Source: Podarcis gaigeae (Eukaryota). Taken from it: 64,000 nucleotides of DNA. A program made the translations under genes and the position numbers. Positions 24,593 to 37,930 of the stretch are shown piece by piece. Each line of letters begins with the position of its first letter. The stretch's first letter is position 1. The stretch lies in NCBI GenBank assembly GCA_964106915.2, contig OZ066926.1; one strand, written 5' to 3'. The notes under the pieces are model-generated. The model was given only the letters and a program-made list of their open reading frames with translations. It made no database searches and was not told where the DNA came from.

Positions 24593-27500
24593 TTATTGCC
24601 TCTTTATTAATTGCTCCTTGCTGTTCAGATCAGGCCTCAACACAATGATGTAGCATTTTGGGGAAAAGATAGAACCCAATATGCCAGCACTGGAGGCCAA
24701 GATGGAGAAGATCTCCACAGCCACCATGTATTTCCCCTTGGTGCTCAGGTAGACTGGAACAAAGGAGATCCAAACACTACAAAACAAGAACATGCTAAAG
24801 GTGATGAATTTGGCCTCATTGAAGCTCTCAGGAAGTTTTCTAGCAAAAAAGGCCACAACAAAGCTGACAATGGCCAAAAAGCCCATGTAGCCCAGGACAC
24901 AGTAAAACAGGGCAACTGACCCTTCATTGCAGCCTAAAATGATTTCCCTCATCACAGAGTGCATGTCAGAATCAGGGAATGGGGGAGAGATTCCTAACCA
25001 CACACTGCAAAGGCCTGCTTGGATAAGGGAACAAGAAATCACAATGGAGCTTGCCAGTCTTTTCCCCACCCACTTCCTCATTCTGGATCCTGGTTTGATG
25101 GCCACAAAGGCCAGAACCACCGTGATCGTTTTGGCCAGAACACAAGAAACGGTCACTGTGAAAACAAGGCCAAAAGCCATTTGACGGAGCAGGCAGCTCA
25201 CTCTTTCTGGAGGGCTGAGGAAGATCAATGGGCAGAGGAAGCAGAGCAGGAGGGAAGTGAGGAGAGTGTAGGTGAGGTCCCGATTGTTTGCTCTGACAAT
25301 GGGTGTGTCCCGATGTTTAATGAAGATGGCTAGGACCACCACGGTCAAGAGAGAGAGGGAAAGAGCAAACATTGCTAAGCTCATCCCCAGGGGCTCTTTA
25401 AAAGACAGGAAGCTGGTGGTCTTTGGAATACATTGTGTTTGATCTCTGTTTGGATAGTGGTCTTCAGTGCACCCAACACAATCTTCCATGTCTGGAAAGA
25501 AAACAATTCAGATTTCAGATGTGTTGGAGAGCAACTACTAATGGTGTCAGTATGGAACTCATAAGGTTAAATTACAATTTTTGCAGGTATTTCCAGACAA
25601 ACCTGAGTGTAAGTGTGAATGAATGAGAATCCCAGCTTAGCACTATGTTCTGGGCCATTCAGCATACCCTGTGATGTCACACTAACTCCCCAGTTTAGAT
25701 GGATAAGGGTGGTAACTACAAATAAATATCATGCTTGTCTTAATTACTCAAGTGTGGTACATTATTGGAATCAATCCATCAAATCATGTTTTGCTAGACA
25801 GGCACACGAAGTGGCTAAGGTCGCAGAACTTTCCTGTAAATTTTGCTGCAGAGGACTCTGTGAGATCACTTCCTTTGTTTGCCTTGGCAGGCAGCTATAA
25901 TACTACTCCTTCCTGCTTGGGCATCTCCCTCTTTTTCTTCGTCATGCCTCAGATTTTGTACTTTTGTAATTTATCAGTTAGAAACCTGCCTTCATTTTGC
26001 TACTGTAACTGCTGCTTCGAAAACTAGATTATGTAAATACTACTTTTATTTCTTTACAAAACAAAGTGTACATGATTGTTCTTTTTAAGGAGGAGAAAAC
26101 GGGTAATATGAGGGAAAATCCAGTTTGCCACCAAGCATCCTGGATTATTTCTAGAAGGTTAAATCAATGTTATTTTAGCTTCCAAGTTTAAAGTTGCAAA
26201 GTGTGATACCCTCCTAATCTCACTCCTGTGAGCAAGGGATTATAATGACTAAATTATATATCCTCTCCTTGTAGCTAATTCTAGTCCTACTGAACATTCA
26301 GAACAGGAACTAAGGAAAGTGTCTTATGGCAAGTCGGATCACTGGCCCAGCTAGTTCAGTATCGCCTGCCGTACTTTAGCCTCTGACAAAGATTAGATCA
26401 TGGGTAACTAACCTTTCCTTTTTAAGACAAGGTTCATTCCTTGGGGGGGGGGCTCTCTGCCAGTATGGATCAAGGTGAAAATTACTTTTGTTGATATTTC
26501 AGTGGGAAAGTTACCAAAATGGCACTCTTTGGAAACCAGAGGCCTTTCTCCTGGGCATAGTCGGCCAATTGGTTGTAAAGAAGGATAGAACCTTTTTTAT
26601 GTATGCTACAACAGCAGCAAGAATTCTTATAGCAAAGTACTGGAAGACACAAGATTTACCCACCGTGGAAGAGTGGCAGATGAAAGTGATGGACTACATG
26701 GGCTTGGCAGAGATGACGAGCAGAATTCGAGAGCAGGGAAGAGCAACGGCGGAAGAAGATTGGAAAAAATTTAAAGACTATTTAAAGAAATATTCAAAAA
26801 TCAGTGAATGCTAGATTGATGTTGAATGAGAAAAATAGGGGTTAATAGCGATAATGGTTAAGTGGAAGAATCTGAACAATTTGTATAATCAATTTGAAAA
26901 TAAGGGAGGGATTTGTTAATTAACTAATTCGACATGAGAATGCAGAAAGGGGAGGTATGAGGAAGTCGGGAGAGTAAGGATCATGAAATTAAGAGCCTGA
27001 AATTATACGTGTTGTATGTTTTCTTTATTGTCTTGTCTTTTTTGTTATGGATGGAAAACTAAATAAAAATCATTTTGAAAAAAACAAAAAACAAAATGGC
27101 ACTCTTTGAACCAACACATGAACCAAAGTATTGTTACCCTGCAAAATGTGTACATCTCCGGACTTCCGGGTTAGCGCCTCCAGCAATGGTGGAGCTCCTC
27201 CGATCGGGAGGAACTTGCTCCGTGGAAAGTAGGGTCTAACTGCCACGGCGAAGGCCCTTGGAAATCACAGCCGGAAGAAGCCTGTGAACTTGGGATTCAG
27301 TTGGCACCTTTTGCGCCCCCCCTACTCACTGGGAGACCCAGTATCGAGAATCCGGAGCGACGTGGGGTGAGCGGCGCGGTGCTTTGAATCGACCGCTTCT
27401 TTCACAGAGTGAAGCCGCATTGCTGCTGTCGGAGAGCGCTGACTTTTTTCCCTGTGGACAATTGGATTTTAAACAACAACCCATGAGTAGAACGGAAAAT

Positions 27501-30500
27501 TGGATTTTTAAATATTTTAATTTGGCATCGAACGGGGAAGGTTCAAACAGGAAGTCCGCCTTCCCCTTTTGTAAACAGACTGAAGCAAAGTAGTCGCTAA
27601 CTAAGGTCTTGGAAAGTTTTATGTAAAGGATCAGAATTCCACTGATTGAAACCATTAAACCCTCCCTTGGAAGTAGGGGAAGAGGGGGGAAATTCTGACC
27701 CAGCGAGCCTGCAGGAGAAAGTGAAAAATTTAAAATTAAACCATTACTTCTCTGAACCTGGAAACCGGCTGCAAAAAGTCCATTGACGGTGAACAGTACA
27801 TATTTGACAGCTAGCTATAAGGGAAAGATACTGTTTCCATTGTCCGCTTCTGCGTTTAAAAAGAAGAAAAGGTAACTGGAAATTGTTACTATTTTCACCT
27901 TTGGAATTGTGTCAGAAAGGATTGCTACAAATGGAAACTGTCTTCCTCTAGAGGGAGCTTTTGAACATTGTTACAAGAGTGGAGCTGAGGAATCCGGCTG
28001 TAAGATAAGGGCTGTGGGAAACCAGGCTTTGACCTTGAACATCCCAAGAATGTCGGCTAGGGAAGATTTAGTGTCTGTATTGTATAAGACACTGTTGGAA
28101 AAGCTTCATAAACAGATAGATGTCATGGCTACTAGTATTGTCATCTTGGGATCAAAAGTGGGCATTAACACAGAAGTTGCCCAGAATCCGGCACAGGAAT
28201 CTATTTTAACCGAACAAATTGATGAAACAGAGAAGGAAAAAGTTGCTGTTGTTGAACTTAAAGCAATACAAGGGGGAGCCTTAACCTTACAGATGCAAAT
28301 TGAGGATTACAAGTTGAAGCCCTTTATGATTGAAACTAGAAAAAGCCAGATTTTGAAGATTGGAGCCTGGCCTGGTCTGGAAAAAGAAAGCTGGAGAGAT
28401 CCCCTTATGTGGGGATCAGTTGACTTTGGGACATGGATTTGGGTCAGGGGGAGATTGGAGTTTTGGGGGCCTTTGGATTTGGAGGAATTTTGAAACAAGA
28501 TTTGGAATGCCTAATTTTAACTATGGAAATCTGGCTGACCTGTTAAGAAGGAATAAAAGTATTGTTGGGCTGGAGCTTTCTCGAGATCTGCTTTTTAGCA
28601 TCAAAGATTATGAAGAAGATCGGCAGAAGGGATGTGAAGAAGAGTTAAGAGCCTGGGATATAAGATTTCCAGGTTGATGGACTGCTTGGTGTTGACGGAA
28701 GTGACAGCAGAGGCTGAGACCAGGGAGAGGAGACGGTGGAAGAAGATTGGGAATTTAAAGTTTATATATGGAGACTTTGCAAAATTTAATGAGGGATAGA
28801 AAAATCGTGGAATGAAATTTTTATGACCCTAGTGGAAATGTTTTTGAGAGATCAAGTTCAAATATATTAATTTTAATGAGAAATAAGATTAAATAAAGTA
28901 AAAATGGTTTGTTAATCGGTGAAAGAAGAGAATGTAAAATTACAGAACATTAAGATAAACTATTAGGATAAAAATAAAGATGGAGGATGTTGGATTGAAG
29001 ACAGGTGGTTTAAGCTGAAATGATACAAAGGAATAAGTAAAAATGGATTGTTAATTAGTGAAAGAAGAAAATGTAAAAGTATAGTTTATCAAGATAAGTT
29101 ATTAGGATAAAAACAAAGATGGAAAGGATTTGCTGAAATATCTAATTGAACTAGAATACAAAAAAAGAGAGGTGTGAGGAGGTCAAGGAAATAAGCTAAG
29201 GAAAGAAAGTTATGTAAAGGTTTGATTTGGTTTTTTTTCTTTTTTCTTTTTAATTGTATGTATCTTTTTCTTTTTTCTTTTTTTCTTTTGATGTGGCTTG
29301 TTTTTATGCTTGGTGTTTTTTGTGTTTTTTTCTTGTAACCTTTAAAATCTTAATAAAAATTTATTAAAAAAACAACAACAAAATGTGTACATCTCCAAAA
29401 TTTGTGATGCAGTTTTCTAATCAGGTGATATGTTCAGAAATGCAACATATTTCCATTTATTTATTTATTTACTTATCTTCTTCCACGGTTTCTAACATGA
29501 CATTTTATTTATTCATCTATCTATTTATTAAATTTGCATACCACCTTTCACCCAAAAGTAACATCACTGGCCCACTTAGCTCAGTATTGCCTGCTGTATT
29601 ACAAACTCTGACAAATAATAGAACATAGGTGACAAAACATTTCTTTTTAGGACAAAGTCCATATTTTTTTTAATATGGACTTCCAATAAGGATGGAGGAG
29701 AAATTTGGTTTTGTTGCCATTTGAATGGGAAAGATCTAAATTGCACTCCTTGAACTAACACATGAACCAAAAGATAGTTGTCCCGAAAGATATGTGCTTA
29801 TCTTCAAGCTTGCAATACAGTTTTCTGAACAAACAATATGTACAAAAATGCACATATTACTAATTAAAGTGGAACCTGGGTTTTAAAATTTCTCAATTGA
29901 CAAAGGTTTTGGAACTCGAATGCCGAAAACGCAAAAGTAAATGGCTTCTGTTGAGATACCACTGTATTTTTCTCAATTTTCTCTGTAAATTTGCAGACCG
30001 CCCTTTGTGCCACAGTTTTTGAACGTTTTGGAAGTCAAATGGTCTTCTGGAATGGATTACAATCGAAAACTAAGGTTCCATTGTATTTACTTAACTTCCC
30101 CCACAACTGCTAATATGACTTAAGTTTGAAAGGTATATATCCTGGGTCAGTCTGGGATGAAATCTTGCATTGAGGAAATGGAACACCTGACACTTTTAAC
30201 ATGACATTTCATTTCATTTTCCTTATTTTTCTTATTTACTAAGTTTGTATACTTCCCATCATCCGAAGATCTCAGGGTGATTCACAGCATAACAAATGTT
30301 ATAAAATAATATAGCATGATATATGTTTGAAAAGCACCATATATATATACAGTGGTGCCTCGCAAGACAGAAAACCCACTAGACGAAAGGGTTTTCCGTT
30401 TTGGAGGCACTTCGCTAAACGGATTTCTCTATGGAGTTGCTTCGCAAGACGAAAAAATCTTGCGAGTTCCCGCGGTTTTTTTCCGCTCCCCCCCCCTTTC

Positions 30501-30598
30501 CTAATCCGCTAAGCTGTCAATGGGCTTGCTTCGCAAGACGAAAAAACCGCTAGACGAAGAGAATTGCGGAACGGATTCTTTTCGTCTTGCGAGGCACC

Positions 30599-30646
<48 letters not shown>

Positions 30647-33517
30647 GTGTTTCCTACCTTTCTGGGATGAAATCTTGCCTTGAGGACAGGGGGCACAATC
30701 ATAGCAGCAGAATGGCTCCCCCTCCTTCTTCTCCTTACTGGAACCAGGAGGGCAACTTGGGTTACATACAGAAAGGGGTGGAACCTGCCCATTTAAATAA
30801 ACACATAAACAGTTTAGCACACAGAAATTAGCTAGAACTAGCAAGCACTGAACAACATATTCCAAAATCAGGGTCAAATTATCCTTTCTGCTTTCCATGG
30901 TTTTAAAACAGAATGCTAAAACTGACCATCTTTGAGCCCCGTTCTGCACAGAATGCATGAGGACTCAATTTGGGAAGAGGATTGGAGGCTTATCTTCATA
31001 AGCTCTGCCCCCATTATCCCCATATACAAAAGCAATACCTGTTCCACCCCCAATTTTTCATTCTTAGCACATGTAAAAGTTTATGCCTTCAGGAGAGGAC
31101 AGTAGTGTAGTGTCAATTGTTGTTTAGTCATTTAGTTGTGTCCAACTCTTTGTGGCCGCATGGACCAGAGCACGCCAGGCACTCCTGTCTTCCACTGCCT
31201 CCCTCAGCTTGGTCAAACTCATGTTGGTAGCTTCAAGAACACTGTCCACCCATCTCATCCTCTGTTGTCCCCTTCTCCTTGTGCCCTCCATCTTTCCCAA
31301 CATCAGGGTCTTTTCCAGGGAGTCTTCTCTTCTCATGAGGTGGCCAAAGTATTGGAGCATCAGCTTCAGGATCTGTCCTTCCAGTGAGCACTCAGGGCTG
31401 ATTTCCTTAAGAATGGAGAGGTTTGATCTTCTTGCAGTCCAGGGGACTATAGTGCCAATAATGATCTAAAAATGTGGAGAATGTGTGGAATGTGGTCTTA
31501 GGGTCAGATCCTGCTTGCAGGTTTCCTACAGACATCTGGTTGACCAGTTTGAGAACCAGGTTTATTATTTATTTGTTTTCTATACCTCCTTTCATCGGAA
31601 GATTGCAGGACAGTTTACAGTACAGTCGTACCTCGGAAGTCGAACGGATTCAGTTCAGGAAGTCCGTTCGACTTCCAAAACATTCGGAAACCAAGGAGTG
31701 GCTTCTGATTGGCCGCAGCCAATCAGAAGCTGCGTAAACTGCGTTGGCTGTTCAGGTTCCAAAGAACATTTGCAAACCGGAACACTCACTTCCAGGTTTG
31801 CGGCGTTCAGAAGTCAAAACGTTCGACTTGCAAGACGTTCTTCAACCAAGGGATGACTGTATAAAATATACGAAAATGCAGAACACAGTAACAAACAAAG
31901 CAATACCTGCCTCCGCCTCCACCCCTGGTTTAAAAGGCCATAGACAGTTTAATCTGCAAATGTCCTAGGTGAAGAAGAATATTTTCATCTCACACCTAAA
32001 GATATGTAGGGAAGGGGCCAAACGAGCCTTCCTTGGGAGAATTGATTTTCTATACCTTTGCCCTCATTTATTGTTTGATTCTTCCCCAATCTAAGAAGCC
32101 CCTTTCCTCATTCCACAGTTGGGGACAAAGAACAGTTGTGCACAAATTTCTGTGGCCCCTGCTTCCTACTCAAGCATTAGCATTTGATCTCCAAGGAACC
32201 TTCTTCTTGCCAACAAAGTCATGAAGTACATTGATACAGAAAGAGCCCCAAGCTCCATGCATGCTATATCCAGATGCTGGACAAGACTGGCCATTGGTGT
32301 TACCCTGGACTAGATGGGCCGTGGGTGTGACCCAGCAAGCTCATCTTATGTTCCCATGTAGTGTAGAAGAAAATGTTTTGAATACGGCTGGAGAGCCACA
32401 TATGTGCTGGACTGATGATCTATAAGTGCAAGAACATTCTGTTTTCCTATCTTTCGTAGGTATAGGAATTATGCCCCACCTGGTAAAAGCTGCTGTGCCA
32501 CACCATTCTGTTGTCATCAATGGATGTTTTCTTTCCCGGGGCGGCTTCCACATCCACCCTTCCAACCTTGACCCTCACAAAGGAGTTATTTGGAAAAGTG
32601 ACCAGGTTGGTAATATCAAAGCCAGTATCTACTTCCCCATTCTCACTAAAAGATAAAGTTTCTCCAGCAGAGCTGTTAAACGAGACACTTCTAAGGAAGG
32701 GATGGAGCTGCATTGAAATAAAAATAGTAATTATGAATAATGCAAATCTCTCTCCGTACTGGCACCCAGGATGCAGGTCGTGCAATGCAAACATAATGCA
32801 TTCCTTAGAAATAATTCAGAAGGTGAGCATTTTCATAGGGAGCTAATGTTTTCCATTATTTCCTGGGGGGGGGGGGGAATCTCAATGCATTCCCAACCAA
32901 GAAACAATGAGAAAAAAATCCAAGGCTTTCAGGTATCATTGCCTGGATATCTCCCCTCTTTCAAGAGAATGGTAGGGTAACCAGCCTCATATATAAAGGT
33001 AAAGGGACCCCTGACCATTAGGTCCAGTCATGGCTGACTCTGGGGTTGCAGCGCTCATCTCGCTTTATTGGCCGAGCTGTTCCCTCCAGCCATATGGATT
33101 TACCCAGTCTCTTTTGTTACAGACAAGAGTATGAAACAACCTATATTTCCATGCTTTTGTTTGCTTCATGCTTTGCTGCGTTAAACCTCTGGTGGGGTTC
33201 TTGCACCAAAGAGTACTTCCCTAGCTCTGCTCACTGTTCCCAATCCCCGTTCCTCAGCCTCAGCTACATTCTTCTCCAGCTCTGGCTGCCTCTCCCTGCC
33301 AGCTCTCCCTTTCTCCTCTTAGTGTAGGCTCGGATCCTTCTTTTAACTTGAGTGCAGAGAAGCTGCTTGTGAAGGACCAGCACAGTGCAGGATTGGATCA
33401 TTCTGCTTAACAGCTGTAAGCAAGGCGGTCTGAACCTGCACTGTGCAACTCCTCCACAAGCAGCTTCTCTACACAGCAAGAGAGAATCTGATCATACTGT
33501 CCTACATATCACTGCCC

Positions 33518-33555
<38 letters not shown>

Positions 33556-36500
33556 GCATTACCTGCCAAGGCTGTAGCATTAGAAGCTCCTGCATCCCTC
33601 CTTGCACCACTGCTCCGTATTTAGTCCTGGACAAGAACATGGCATGTAAAGCGTGTGCCGTTGCATAGACAGCATTACAGAGACTATAGCTGTGGCCAGT
33701 TATGCTCATCTCAAAACCAGACGAAGGGAGATCTTCCAGCTTTTCATCTCCAGTGCAGGTTCCACTGGCCTGTTTCCCTGTATTGGAGTTTGTAAATAAA
33801 CAGACAAAGGCTTGTTCCCAGAACTGCTTGAGAAAGCCATTTCCATTCACTTCAAAAGGATTTTGTGCCTGAAGAAAAGCTTTGAATCCTTGCACCACAT
33901 TTGAATGAACTGTAAAGGAGAGGGAACCATGAAAGACTTGCATACCGATGTTCATTTGATAGGTCATTGCTGTGAAATCCAGTTGTGCTGTCAGAATCCA
34001 CACCTTGCCCACAGATGTCTTGGTCACATTTTCCAATTCACCTAGTGCTACCATTGATCGCAAGATAAGCATAGACTTTGTTCCTCCATAGACAACAACA
34101 ACATTGGCTTTACTTTCCATAATAACTTGATAGATTTGGATCCAGTCAGAATACATGATATAATACTCAGTCAAATATGTGGTTTTCAGGTTTGTGTCTG
34201 AGAAGGCCAAGCATATGCCTTTCTGGGAGAGCAGAGGTTTCAGGGCCTGAATAAATCTCTCTCCACTGTCATTATCTCCAGCAAGCAACCCAACCCACGT
34301 CCAACCAAAGTGAAGAAGTAACTCAACAATCCCAGTGTACTGATGGGCTTCATTGGGCACCATCCTATAGAAGGAAGTAGACTGCCTTTGACTAGCATCC
34401 TCTGGGGCAAAGGAGCCATAAGTGAGCTAAAAGGAAATAATGGAGCATATTCAGTAAGAGTAGACAAGATGTATATGTCCTTTGGCGGCCTGCCAACACA
34501 GAAGGCCAGATAAGCTAGTTGCCTCGGGAAGGCAGGCTACAGAAAGCTGGGAGGAGTGGCAGATCTGGCCTGCATTAAGTCCACCCCATGCTTGTTGACT
34601 ACCTTCTCTGCCATCCCTGCATGCCCAGTTTCCTGCGCTGAAACCCCTGAATGCCTGCTTTCCCCCCTCCTTATATTTCTTGAGCTTGAACGTCTTGCTT
34701 TTCTACTCTGCTGCTTTCCTCTCCTGCATCAACCTTGCTTCACCACAGCATTTCAGCTCCTCATTGCATGGTGTCTTAACTTCCCTTCCTTCCCACATCT
34801 CTATCAAACCACTATTGCACAGAATCTCGCTCAAGTGCCACAATGCATGGGCAGCTACCAGCTTTGCAGGCTCCCAGCTTTGCAGGAGAGCAGCTTCAAT
34901 CTCCAGTCATTAAGGTATGGGTCAAAGTTAAGAGAAACACTAGTTAGCAGAATATAAAGTGGAAGCGTGTTTTGGAGTGGTGAGGAAGCAGGGATGAGTT
35001 AGTGCTCTCTCATTATCACAGTACCTTCTGTCCATCCCAATACTCTCTATCTTTATTTCACTCTCCCCTTCTCCATTGCATTTCACTGGAAACACTTTTT
35101 GTGGAGGGAAGGTCTACTCTCTGTCAATCACAACTATTTTTCTACTATACAAAACCTTTCTGGATACAAAATATGATGGTAAATGAGTCTGAAGTCCCCA
35201 AGGTGGTATCTTACCTGGGGGATCTTGTAGATGTCCAAGATGTCTGCCATTTGGAGGGAGGTATCAAAGTCCAGTCCCCCAACAGCTGTCATCAGATGTT
35301 TCTGGGTGTCGCACTTGTAGTTAGGTAGAAGTGTGGAGGGAAGGTTCAGAGTGACCCGGTAGGTCATCCTTTCATTGAAGTAACTGTCATAGATGTGGAA
35401 TCCCAATGTATTATTAGGCAAGATCTTGGGGTTCTCATTTATCTCCTTGACAGCAAAGGCCAAGGCCAGAATATGCTGGTAGTTCTTTGGCACAACACTG
35501 CAATGAGAATTTCATGCTGTATACTAGGGAGATACATTATGCAATATTCTTTTTAAAAAATTAGGACCTCACAAGAATTCTTCAACGTCTTATTGCAAAT
35601 TGTGCTTTAAGATACAGGTATCTGCAAATCAGTTTCCTCTTAAAGGATGCCTTTTTCTACTTGTATACTTCTATACCACTTTCACTGATACTTACATTAC
35701 TCAATTATATTTCAGGCTGCTTGGATAATTCATGTCATTTAAGAAATCTGCTTTTATGACACTCTTCTGATAAAAACTGGGCAGATTCTTAGCCTAAAAA
35801 AGACACCAGCCCACTGGTTCTGATATTCAGCACAAAATTCAGCATTAAGTTCGTAAGGTTTAATGTTTTATTATGTTTTTGTATATGCTGGAAACCACCC
35901 TGAGTGGGCGTGGTACTATTACTACCATTACTACTACTATATTGTTAACACAGTGGGTTAAATAGCTTAACCTTAGCTGTCCACTTTCTCTGGACTTTAC
36001 CACACACCTCCCTAATTACTGCTCCCAAGTGACTGTTAACTGCAATTTCTTCACTGATCAGAACCTTCCAGTGATCACAATCTGTTCTTGCCCAGACTAA
36101 TGAAAATGAATATGCATTATCCAGGGCTGTCTATAAATATTAAACGCAATTCTCTCCCCCCCCCCCATCACCAAGCAGCTTTCACCAAAGAGGCATGCAC
36201 CGCATTAACAGCACAGGGTTTCAAACTTTGACAGTAACACACAAATATCAACAGAGACGATGAAAATATTTTGAAAGCACAAAACATAGACATACATTTA
36301 TCTACTGGTACTGATCTGATGCAACAAAAAACTTGCATCAGAATACAGAGAAGTAGGTAGCCTAGCTTAATGGATAACTTCTCATCATTTTCAGACCTGT
36401 GACATGTCTCATCATTTTCAGACCTGTTAACTAGGAGTGTTATTTGAGTCAAGCCTGACATGGATGCAAACACCTGGGGCTCTTAGAAGTCCACATTCTA

Positions 36501-36869
36501 AGAGGTGAGCTTTTAAGACCCCTCACCCCAAACTTTCAGAGGTGAACTTCAATATTCAGAACAGAAAGACCTTTGCCTCTTAAACTAGGCAAGTTTAAGA
36601 TGTGTCTTCTTTTTAAACTATTCTTGAAAGAAATATGGGGGGGGGCAGAGAGCACACCAGCAAAACAAGACTCTCTCATCTGAGTGACACATTCAGATCC
36701 CCATCTTTCTCTTCCCAAGCCAACTCGAGCTTGCCCCTCTACCTCTGCCTGGAAGTAAATAAGTGGAACTGGCTTCTAAGTAAGCATGTTTAGCACTTGG
36801 CAATGTTTTGGTATCATCTGATTACAGAGTGGCTGGGGGGACTCAGCCAGATGGGTGGAGTATAAATAA

Positions 36870-36911
<42 letters not shown>

Positions 36912-37145
36912 TGACAAATGAAGTCTTTACAAGATATTAAGAAGTTGATGGGTAGTTAGTCTTTCTTTGAAGTCCTCTTTGTCAAAAGCAGAATGGAGGT
37001 GAGAAGCAAGTCCTCCAACAATAAGATCACCAGGTTGGTAGTATTCATGTGGAATTCTGGACAGATCATGGATGGTGCAACTCGTGGTATGTTTGCACAC
37101 CATAAGTGGCAGATAAAAGAGAATGGACACAATAAATAACAGCAT
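24593..37145 (-). CDS. V2R gene C, complete, about 871 aa. Exons: 37145-36931, 35497-35215, 34426-33563, 32707-32480, 30784-30658, 25491-24593
   Basis: Exon lengths 215/283/864/228/127/899 = 2616, in frame, GT-AG; same Venus-flytrap, nine-Cys and 7TM motifs. Confidence 0.96.
26532..27091 (+). mobile_element. Young 5'-truncated L1 (ORF2 C-terminus, 3' UTR, poly-A)
   Basis: [21 protein letters not shown]; AATAAA and A-tail; perfect 17-bp TSD caaaatggcactctttg. Confidence 0.93.
27160..29378 (+). mobile_element. Full-length non-autonomous L1 derivative (HAL1-like): 5' UTR, degenerate ORF1, ORF2 C-terminal remnant, 3' UTR
   Basis: Perfect 18-bp TSD caaaatgtgtacatctcc; starts GGACTTCCGG; CpG-rich 5' part; no EN or RT motifs; 3' part similar to the neighbouring L1; AATAAA and A/CAA tail. 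Confidence 0.8.
29867..30083. mobile_element. Old Tigger-type MITE
   Basis: Degenerate TIRs aagtggaacct / aggttccattg flanked by TA. Confidence 0.6.
30151..30186 (-). pseudogene. Degenerate duplicate of the 3' end of V2R exon 5 inside intron 5 of gene C
   Basis: tctgggatgaaatcttgcattgaggaaatggaacac matches exon 5 (tctgggatgaaatcttgccttgaggacatggagcac); the GT donor is deleted. Confidence 0.7.
30350..30602. mobile_element. Tigger/pogo-type MITE
   Basis: TIRs CAGTGGTGCCTCGCAAGAC / GTCTTGCGAGGCACCACTG; many CpGs retained. Confidence 0.88.
30601..30642. repeat. (TG)21 microsatellite
   Basis: Direct reading. Confidence 0.97.
31117..31447 (-). mobile_element. 5'-truncated BovB 3' end
   Basis: [22 protein letters not shown]; TSD tgtagtgtcaat/tatagtgccaat; empty site in gene B near 16607. 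Confidence 0.9.
31623..31859. mobile_element. Tigger-type MITE
   Basis: TA|CAGTCGTACCTCGG ... ccaagggatgactg|TA. Confidence 0.75.
32994..33078 (-). mobile_element. Sauria SINE 3' fragment
   Basis: Matches 17144-17230. Confidence 0.85.
33521..33553. repeat. (TG)16 microsatellite
   Basis: Direct reading. Confidence 0.97.
36824..36911 (+). repeat. L2-type 3' tail ending in an (ATT)n microsatellite
   Basis: cagagtggctgggg..agccagatgggtgg..ataaataaa(tta)n; related to the tail at 37931-37975. Confidence 0.7.
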
Positions 37146-37930
37146 GCTAAGGCAAATATTATTCCCTATCAGACACCCTCATTTCTATCTAGAAAATGAA
37201 CCTTAGCTTCAGAACCATCCTCCGTTCTATATTCTGTTTTGACATGAACAACACTTCCCTACCAATTCACAGATTAAAATCCTATCCTATAACTCAACAG
37301 CAGAAATCATTCCTCTACCTCTGTGCTTTCCTATGCTTAGAATGGCAAGAAGGGTTTTTTATACCCATGTTTAGACTTTGGATTGTATTCTCTGGAAATC
37401 TATTGCGACATTACCTAAGGGACACTTAGTAATTACAAGAATGATTATTACAGATGAGATTGTAACTAGCTCTCTTTACACCAGGAACATCAGAAAATGT
37501 CAAAACAAAAACTTTCTCTTTATGAGAGAACAGAAGGACATTCAGGACGAGGAAGAAAACAACAGTGAGCCAATCTGTTATCCTGAAATGCTTCATCTGA
37601 TTAATCTAATCTCCTAAAATTTCATACCTGAACACTAGTTCATTAGTTTACTGACAATTCTACCAAGACAGATTAAAGAATGATGAAAGGTGGCTTGTGT
37701 TTGTTTTAAGCTTTTAGAAGTTTAAAATATATTCTCTTGAGTCCAAAACATCCCTCTTCCCCTAGCATAGAAAAAGGACACACATCATCCAGAAAACACA
37801 GGCAGTTAAACTTGACTTAGTTACAGTGGAGGAAGTTCCATATTATTGGTACAGGAATATATGAGAGACTTGTTAGAATCATGTGGTCTGTGCTTGGAGG
37901 AACCAGCACAGATCTCACATGTTCTGCTTC

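Noticed and set aside
36381-36427. Short direct repeats (also 13535-13570) as CRISPR-like or regulatory arrays
   Set aside because: Two-copy slippage duplications in eukaryotic non-coding DNA.
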